From contig NC_045696.1 in the NCBI RefSeq assembly GCF_009834535.1, positions 117,616,001 through 117,680,000 of the forward strand: a stretch of 64,000 bases of DNA, given 5' to 3'. The notes under the pieces are model-generated. The model saw only the letters and a list, made by a program, of their open reading frames with translations. It ran no database searches and was not told where the DNA came from. This stretch comes from Camelus ferus. Its lineage: Eukaryota. Below, piece after piece: positions 55,301 to 64,000 of this stretch; within the stretch, counting starts at the first letter, position 1, and the number at the start of each line of letters is the position of its first letter. A program made the position numbers and the translations under genes.

Positions 55301-58293
55301 ACCACCACCACCCCCAGTCTTGTTTTTTGGAATACCCACGTAGAACTAACAGTTCCCAGCTGCACCGTTAAATATTTTTCTAAGAAGCATCTGATTTCAG
55401 TCTCTTAAAACCATCGTGTCTCTTGAAAGGCTAGCGGAGACATGCTTCAGATATATAATTCATCAAATTATTTTTAGATAAGGAATTAGAAGTATTATTG
55501 AAGGGCAGAGGTTAATGGCAAACTACTGGAAATGTTATGTTAGTCATGGGCAATTAATAAAAATAAGAATCTGTCTCGTAAGTACAGAGACTCAGAAGTG
55601 ACAATATGAGCAAAATATTTGTTAAAAGAGTCAGGGCTCTTTTTCTGAAATATTTGTTAAACCAGCATGAGTGTGATTGTTTAGGAATTAGCTATCATTA
55701 TTAGCCATTTTAAAAGAACTAATGATTTTCTTTTCCAAAGAACATCTGTGAGCCACATGGTTTTTTTCTCCCCCCACATATATCCAAGTGCTAACCGATC
55801 TCTGCGTTACTTTAAAAAGTTTTTGAAAGGATTTGAAAAATTATGGGAGGTTTTCAGCTTTCTCCCAAGAAGAGTTTCTTACATGAATCATTCTTAATTT
55901 AACTTTTAGCAATTTTTAGTTACAAGCATTTATTTCTTAAAAAAGAAAAAAGAAAAGAGAAAGAAACTTAGAGGCTCGCTATTAAGCACTTACTCAAATA
56001 GTATAATTCTAGCTAAGTATAAAAAAATTTTTTTCTGTTCTGTGCTTTATGAACCTTCTAATGTCTCTTGGAAGGTAAATAAAATTGTAGTGATGTGTTT
56101 AAGCATGGGGGCCTGTCAGTTGCTATAGTTGAAAGTTGGCAGGGTAGGGGGTTTAATCTTAACTATAGTTAATATTCAAGCCTACAGGAAGATTTAGAAC
56201 TGAAACCTGCACTGCATCAAAACATAGAGGTCAGGTGTAAAGAAATCGCTTAGATGTGGAAAAATATAAAATATTTTCATGGTGTGATCCAGATAGCACA
56301 CAGTTGTCAGTAAGAACTAAATAAACATCTCCAGGGCACCATATGCAAGTGATCTCAAATATTTCAAATACTCAAATACGGTTTTGTACTTAATGTTACA
56401 TTCACATGAATAGAGCTGAAATATGCCATCTCATCGCATGATTCTAGAAATCGGCACAGAATTGCCGTGGTTAGGAGAGAGGCATGTTCAGTGACACTGT
56501 CACCACAATTATTTTTGTTTTTTATTTCGTACATCTTCCATTTACTGTCTGCTCCCTTAGCCTGGAATTTTGCATTCAGTGGCATCAAATGGATGCACAA
56601 GTGCATGACTGCCCCCAGGTACATATTTGTTTAATTAAAAGACATGTTGAATGGAGAGTCAGAGGCGTCTCAGAGACACTAGTAGATGTCATGAGGTTGT
56701 GGCAGCTGTCGCCCTTGGCTGGGTGGTAGGTGGGCCTTGGCAGGCTGGGGTCTCAGGCTCCGTCTTTCAAAATTTCTCTCATAGGCCATTTGGGGGAAAA
56801 TGGGCCTTCCTTCTTCCCACTGTATATTACAGTTGGAAGAGAATTTCTCTGGTGGTTCTGTTTAAGAAGAAGGGAAGGAATATCATACCATTTTATGATT
56901 CACCCAAAGGTCTAAAGGTAACATTAAAGAAAAAAAAGCAGTTCCCCTTGGCCAGTAAATCAGATCAGAAATTGTACTCTTTCCATTCTCATCCATCTAA
57001 TTTACTTGGAATTTCCTTTGTCTTTGGTTGACTTCTTAAAGCAGAGCCTGAGATTAGGAATTGATACCCTCATGATATAGTGAGGGACTAGAAGCAGTTA
57101 GGGAGGATAAGACAAAGGGAGGAGTCCAGTAAGAACGTGGTCTCAGGTAAAGTCTGCATTGATGGGGAGACGGAGCAAGAAGATGAGGGAGGGCCATCTC
57201 TGGAGACTCAAAGGTAGAGTGACTCTGGGGCCAGAGGCAAGAACTTGGTACCACTGGGTCAGCAGTCACTGGCCACCCAGGGTGAAGGGGTCAGGGAGGA
57301 AGTGGAGTGAGCATCCTGGCATCTCTGGGGGAGAGGGCTCCACGACATTTCTCCAGAAAAGAGCATAGCTGTGAGCTGTGGGTAGGCAACCCGGAAACTA
57401 AGGCTGGTTGCCTTGGTGGCTGGTGAAGGGGGTCTGGGTGGGACACTCTCCCTCTCCACCCCATTACTTTGTGTCCATCATGGCAGCCAAGATGAAGAAG
57501 GTTTGAGACGATGATTGGAAAACGTTAGACGGTATAGTCTGTTGGACCACTCGGTTCTTGATGGAGAATGAGAGTCAAAAACGGGGCCTCAGAAGGCATC
57601 AGAGAGGTTCAGGATTTGGCATGCCTTGGACATTGCCTTCTCTCTTAGCCAGGAAATCTTTGAAAATCCTTGCCCAACAAAACATATGTGTATACTGCAG
57701 CAGGCAACACGCCGAGGTGTCTTTCTGGAAAGTTCTGTCTTGAAGAATTCTTCTAATACCTGTTCTAGATGTAACACCTCACCTTGGGACAACATTCTTG
57801 CTCACATAACTGCACACATCCTTTCCTCCACACACTCACACACACACACAAATATTCACACAGTTGCCTTTCTAAGACAAAAATTATAAACGTCAAAAAT
57901 CCTTTTAGGAAAAAAAATCATTCTAAAAAAATCTGACCTGTCCGTTCTTAAATACCTTCAGAACCTCAGCCGGCACTCGTCAGACAAAGAAGTCAGGTCA
58001 CACTCCTCACCCACATGCTGTAGAGTCCGTGGTAATAAATGGGTCTTCCCCCTGGAGTCTGAAAAATACGACCTTCCTTTAAGATGCAAATCTGAGCATT
58101 TACTGAACACAGAGCCAGCCTTCTTGATAGCCGCAGCTCTTCTCTCTTAACAGGTTAAAAAAAAATTGTTTAAGCAGATTGGAGTGTTTTGAGCTTGTGA
58201 CAAAAGTTAATTTCACAAAGCTCTCCCTTTCTAAGCTCCTCATGGTGCCTGTCGGGCTCCCCACCCCCGACCCCAGCAACCCCACACCATTGA

Positions 58294-58566
<273 letters not shown>

Positions 58567-59105
58567 TAAGCAGAGGTTTAAATTTAGCAGGGAAATGAGC
58601 GTTTCTCTTCTGCCCTCCAGTCTAAACATGGGCTTTTTTAGCAAGAGGTGATGGTACACTGCCGGCTCACGCAGGGGGAGAAAAGGAGACAGAACATGCT
58701 CTTCCCAGCACGTGTCTTGTGTTCCTCTCCCTTCGCAGCCCCTACCCCCAAGCGGCAGAAACCCCCTTTTCTGCTTCTTTGTCAGAATTGGGTTGCTTTG
58801 TGGTGTGAGAGCGTAAGGGTTTTTTGTTTGTTTTTTAAAAAGCAGAATCTTTCCAACACCAGCCTATTTCTTAATGAATACCAATGCTGTCCCCAAGGAA
58901 AGGCGTGACTGCGGTTTCTGTAGAAGCTTGTAGCGTCACAGTTGTCAACCTTGGATTCTGTCCAAAAAAGAGGAAGGGAGGGAAACCAAACTGGGATCTC
59001 GCCTCTGACTCCCTGGCCCCTGCCGTCACTTTGTTGCTCTGTCTCCCCTGCACCCGCCCAGAGCACAGGTTGGGGGTGAGTCATGTCTGTTTGTCTTTCC
59101 TTTAG

Positions 59106-59306
<201 letters not shown>

Positions 59307-59655
59307 TAACTGTGATGATGGCCAAAGACCACTGTGTGGGCAGAGTCAGCCTCGGTTCAGCTTGTCCTGTCCTGGGACCTGTCTCCATTCATCCACCGAG
59401 GGAATGGCCCAGTGAATTGAGATTGGGAAACTCTGAGCTCAGGTAGTCTGTTGGTGCTTTTATGGCCTGGACTGCTTAGGAAATGCGTTGAAATTGAATT
59501 TGAGCTGTACAGATGATTCCTCCTCAATCTAAGAGGGTGTTTTTAGCTTTCCCCTCTAAGGGAAAATACCATTGCCCACCAGAGTCCTAAAAGTCTATAG
59601 TCTGTTGAATCACATGTGTATTATTTCTTGGTATTGCTGGCGGAGGGGCCGGGAG

Positions 59656-59700
59656 ATGGTTGGATGGATGGATAGACAGAAAGAAAGATAGATAGATATA
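59656..59700 (+). repeat. Compound (GGAT)/(AGAA)/(AGAT) tetranucleotide repeat
   Basis: TGGATGGATGGATAGACAGAAAGAAAGATAGATAGATA. Confidence 0.7.
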
Positions 59701-60769
59701 CACAAACACAAATAATAATAGGATTATCCATCCACTAGGAAAAAATGAAAAATCCTTGAGTGTATATTAAAGATAAATTGAAAAAGAGAATCCCTTAGGA
59801 GATCAAGTACTAAAATAATTGTGAAAGCCTATAAAACTTACTATTTAGCAAAAACACAAACAAAAAAGAAAGATAAATGTTAAGTAATAGGAATAGTACT
59901 TGCTTGAAAATGTAAGTTGTTTTTAATAAAATTGCTTCATAGGGGAATTAAGGAAATGCTTAGGGCGCAGTACAGATGTTCTAATATTTTACCGCTTATT
60001 CAGGTGGATTTGCTTTGCTGGTCAGAATCCTGGACACAGAGTTGAGATACGCAGTATGTGCCTGTGTCACACATTTGTTATGTATAATCGTGTATGAAAA
60101 TTACAGCACATGTACTGATACTAGTTATGAAAAAGTGTCTGCACTAAATCTAAATCCTAATTACATCCGAGTTTCCTACAGACAAAACAGTTTGCTAGCC
60201 GTTGTGGGGTGGAGTGAACCTTTATTTAAGAAAAAAACTTGCAGTGTCAGCCTAGTGCGATTTGAAGTAAGAATTGTGTGTCTGTTAGGACTGGAACTGC
60301 CTGGTGGGAAATTCACAAACGTGAGAATCTCAGATATCCTTTCGATTCACAAGGGCTAATGCTGCAGAAAAGCAAACGCTTGCCCATTTCATATTTCTAT
60401 ATATTTCAATACTTCTAATTGTTATTTAAAATTTTTTTTTATATTTTAAATAAGACTTTCTGTGCTTGCTCCATCTGATAAGATGGGACAAAACATATCT
60501 CCTTCCCCACGGCTCCATAGCTCACCTTTCCACAATGACTTTGAAATCTTTACTTCTCGGTCTTCATTTTAAATCTGTTAATTACTGACATCATAATATG
60601 CTGTTGCTGCCTCTGATGCATTTCTTTTTTGGTGAAGTTCATGGCTCATATTTTCAGAGCGCTGAGTTCTCACTTCCCGTGAGCCTGTCTGAACTTTGGC
60701 CAGGAAGCCTGAGGGCCCCAAAGCCCTCGGAACTCCTCCCTTCCTAGTGATCACTTTGACTCTCTTCCC

Positions 60770-61290
60770 AATGCTGTGGGCCACGGAGCCCGCCAGGCAG
60801 GCGCACGTGGGATCCCCAACCGCGGGCTCGCTCCTTCCCAGGCCGCATGCGCAGTGGCCGAGCGCGCAGCTGACCTGTGCTTGTTCCTTCCCCGCAGCAG
60901 CAGCCGGCGCAGGCGCAGCAGCAGCCCGCCCCGCCGCCCCCGCAGGCGCAGGCGCAGCAGCCGCCGGCCGGGCCCCGGCTCCCCCCGCGGCAGCCCACGG
61001 TGGCCGCGCCCGCCGAGGCGGAGGACGAGAGCCGGCAGAAGGCGCGGCCGCGGACCAAGATCTCCGTTGAGGCCCTGGGCATCCTGCAGAGCTTCATCCA
61101 GGACGTGGGCCTGTACCCGGACGAGGAGGCCATCCAGACTCTGTCCGCCCAGCTGGACCTCCCCAAGTACACCATCATCAAGTTCTTTCAGAACCAGCGG
61201 TACTATCTCAAGCATCACGGCAAGCTGAAGGACAACTCCGGCCTGGAGGTGGACGTGGCCGAGTACAAGGAGGAGGAGTTGCTTAAGGAC
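60770..61290. promoter_or_regulatory. Intragenic CpG island over the last acceptor and first half of the last exon
   Basis: Very high GC and dense CpG (e.g. CAGCCCGCCCCGCCGCCCCCGCAGGCGCAGGCG, GGCGCGGCCGCGG) against AT-rich flanks. Confidence 0.8.
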
Positions 61291-61401
61291 TTGGAGGAGA
61301 GTGCCCAAGACAAAAATGCTAACACCCTTTTCTCGGTGAAACTAGAAGACGAGCTGTCGGTGGAAGGGAACACAGACCTGAACGCAGACGTCAAGGACTG
61401 A
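60898..61401 (+). CDS. SATB1: SATB1 last coding exon (exon 11): Q/P/A-rich linker, homeodomain, acidic C-terminus with psi-KxE SUMO motif VKLE (61336-61347), TGA stop
   Basis: Acceptor ttgttccttccccgcag|CAG. Encodes [16 protein letters not shown]...[63 protein letters not shown]...NADVKD*. Confidence 0.98.
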   Translation, partial: QQPAQAQQQPAPPPPQAQAQQPPAGPRLPPRQPTVAAPAEAEDESRQKARPRTKISVEALGILQSFIQDVGLYPDEEAIQTLSAQLDLPKYTIIKFFQNQRYYLKHHGKLKDNSGLEVDVAEYKEEELLKDLEESAQDKNANTLFSVKLEDELSVEGNTDLNADVKD

Positions 61402-61980
61402 GATGAACGCCTACTCCTCCTCCATCAGTGCCACCGGTAACGGACTCACGCAGCGGAAAGTCCACCTTGTGCTTGCTCGGAAAACCTTGGTTGTCCATTG
61501 TTTGGCCAATGAATCTTCGGAAACTTGCACAAACAGGAAAAGTCGACAAAGGGATGATACAGACTGCACTAAACGTTTTACTCTGTTTTACAAACTGCTT
61601 GGCAGCCCCAGGTGAAGCATCGAGGATTGTTTGGTATTAAAAATGGAAATTTTTGTGTTCACGGGACACACCCAGGTGTGGACCCCGTCAGCATGATACC
61701 AGTGATATTTTTTTTTTTTTTTATTATTACTATTCTGGAGCCTCAAACAAGCATTATAACTTCTGTGATTATTATTTCCTTCCTTTAATTATTTCTGTAA
61801 CACTTCACACTGATCTTTGGAAACTCGCCCCTTGTTTTAAAAAAAAAAAAAGAGTTTGTTACTCTATTGTATGTTACAAAAGAACTATAGACTGTGGAAT
61901 GCAGTTTAAAGATGACATATGCCAACAAATGCCTTGTATTATATGGCACTGCCGTAATTCAAATTTGTTTTTATTTTGGA

Positions 61981-61986
61981 AATAAA
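61981..61986 (+). terminator. Candidate proximal poly(A) signal AATAAA
   Basis: AATAAA followed by a U-rich stretch. Confidence 0.45.
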
Positions 61987-62623
61987 AGTTCACTGTAATT
62001 TTTTTTTCATTCTCATTGTTACATGGTTTTTAAAAAAAAAAAAAGGAAAGAAAATGTGAAACACAGTTTAGTCCTCATTATTTATTTGTAGATCCTGCAA
62101 CATCATATTGTAATTAATTTTTTGGAAGTTTCCGTTAAATGTAATATTGCTTCTCTTGTTACCATACTGATTCTTTTCTATTTATAAATGTATTTTGATG
62201 GGCAGTAAAACAAAGTGTCTTAAAAGTTTTAAATAGATAAAATGTGCTTTACACAGTTGCCTATAAAAAGTGCTCTATGTTATCCAAGCAATTCATACTA
62301 TAAGCTTCACTCTTATTGTTGTATGCAATTTTTACTATCATGCAAATAAGCTTAGATAAATAAAACTAATAGATCACCTTAGAAAATTATGCAATTAATG
62401 TGAAAATAATTGATGTTTGCAATGTGTCTTCCTTTGGTTTACAATCAATTTTAAAGCTACATCTGTATAAAATTTCTGTATAAAGGTGTATTTCTTTTTT
62501 ATGAGTTTATGGCTATGAAAACACCAGCTATTTTGTTACAGCTGGCTGTTTTTATAAGTGTATCACAATTTTCTTTATGCAGAAATGTTCTGATTAGGAG
62601 TGGTTATTGACTGTAACTACACA

Positions 62624-62629
62624 ATTAAA
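62624..62629 (+). terminator. Likely main poly(A) signal ATTAAA
   Basis: Upstream TGTA motifs and a downstream GU-rich element GGTAGGGTTTGTCTG. Confidence 0.65.
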
Positions 62630-64000
62630 ATTGTTTGTATGGTATGACATGGTAGGGTTTGTCTGCTTATGTGAAGTAACTTTCAGAAGTCCAAGATGGC
62701 CCACTCAGTTAGATGCATGGTAATACTTTCTTGATGATATTTTACTGATTTTAAAAAGAGCAATTGAAAAGTCACTTGAAACACTGTAAATTTAACTCAC
62801 AAACATGCTCTTTTTTTTTTTTTTTTTTTTTTTTAACAATAAGGACGATAACCTGTTTTTGGTTACTATCTTAATAAACAGAGATAGCAGAATGGTCAAA
62901 TGACTCGCCAGCAAAGATATCAATTCAGTCTCCAGCAGACGCATGCTTAGAATGGATTCATCTGCAGTGACTTCACAATGCTTCCATCATGGCAGCATTT
63001 TTTCAAGCTAACAGAAATATTTTTAAAGGCTATTAATAGTAAAAATAAGTAGGGGAAAAAATGGACTGTGTGTAAAAAGTAAGCAGTGTAATTTTTTTAA
63101 GTTGTAAATGGAATATAAGTTAATAACTTGGAGCTCATTTGGTTGTGTTATGTCATAACTATATGAACTCCATGAAGGAAATAAGAATAACACACCTGGA
63201 ATTCAAGCAGGATCTTCAAAATTTTTGCAACGTAAAACTCAGTAAACTCCAGGATACAAGATGAGGTGGGCTAACGGTCCTGGAAAGGATTGAGACCAGT
63301 GTTGCAGTTTTTGCTTATTATTATTAGGTTTATACCCACTTTTTATTTTTTGCTGCTGCTTTTTACGATTTCCTCCTTGTTACAGGGTGTCTGAGTTCCT
63401 CGGCACTTAGCTCTGAAATCACCCATTTTCTTCCTGCCTGTCTTTTCCCTAAGCCCTGCTGAGCTCATTGGCAGGCAACTGGGCTGCTTTAATGTTGAAC
63501 TTCAGAAACGAAAATAGGGTCACTGAAAACTCCCAATTTGGCTTTAAAAGTCACTATTTTACTTTCGAAGCACAGCTGAACTACTCTGAAGACAGCTGTT
63601 TGGCTGTAAACTTGATATGGGAAAAGTTTTCGGTTTTGTTTTTTTTTTTAATTAGATGAGAAAGCAACTTTTAAACATTCTTGTGTATGACTAGAGTTCA
63701 GAAAATCATTTCAGCAAAAGGAATTTGAGTTAAAAACTAGATTTTATATATTAATAAATAGAAACTAGTATGCCATGATTTTTTTTTTTTAATCTGTCTT
63801 CTTTTCTCTGAGTTTAAGGGGAAAGACTAGAACAGAGAATATAGTTTTTTATTGTTTTAAACCAGCACAATGCCTAACATAACGTGTCTGAAATTTAATA
63901 CCCTTTTTAGGAGAATTTGAGTTGTCAATAAGATTCCCCACTCCCAGGAACCTAACTTCTTTGGAGATAACGTTTTCAATGAATTGTTAAGTATGTATGT

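Larger units (their letters stand above)
61402..62650 (+). other. SATB1: SATB1 3'UTR
   Basis: AU-rich and free of interspersed repeats, with multiple miRNA seed matches. Ends near ATTAAA 62624-62629, followed by a GU-rich tract. Confidence 0.8.

Noticed and set aside
60696..61308. Antisense and alternative-frame ORFs (124-185 aa) as independent genes
   Set aside because: They are shadows of a very GC-rich coding exon in which stop codons are rare.

Overview
This is mammalian genomic DNA holding the 3' two-thirds of SATB1 on the + strand. The species is most likely a camelid, judging by the tRNA-Ala-derived SINE and the L1 3'-end type. Six constitutive coding exons splice in frame with GT-AG boundaries: 12834-12945, 15322-15776, 23278-23490, 31406-31561, 58327-58530 and 60898-61401. 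They encode the end of CUTL, the VEMD caspase site, CUT1, CUT2, a Q/P-rich linker and the homeodomain. A 96-nt in-frame cassette exon (59106-59201, long isoform) is absent from the ORF track. The ~1.25-kb 3'UTR is rich in miRNA seed matches. The 5' exons lie upstream of the window. Introns contain SINE, L1, L2, MIR and hAT fragments, a strong CTCF motif and several enhancer-like blocks. I see no convincing wholly new biological system. The best leads are: (i) a GC/CpG-rich last exon with an interrupted polyQ and apparent loss of linker serines; (ii) an all-phase-0 CUT exon architecture allowing chimeric-CUT skipping and stop-free exon circles flanked by inverted repeats; (iii) candidate intronic enhancers. 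Exon numbers and all human/mouse comparisons come from my recollection, not from an alignment.
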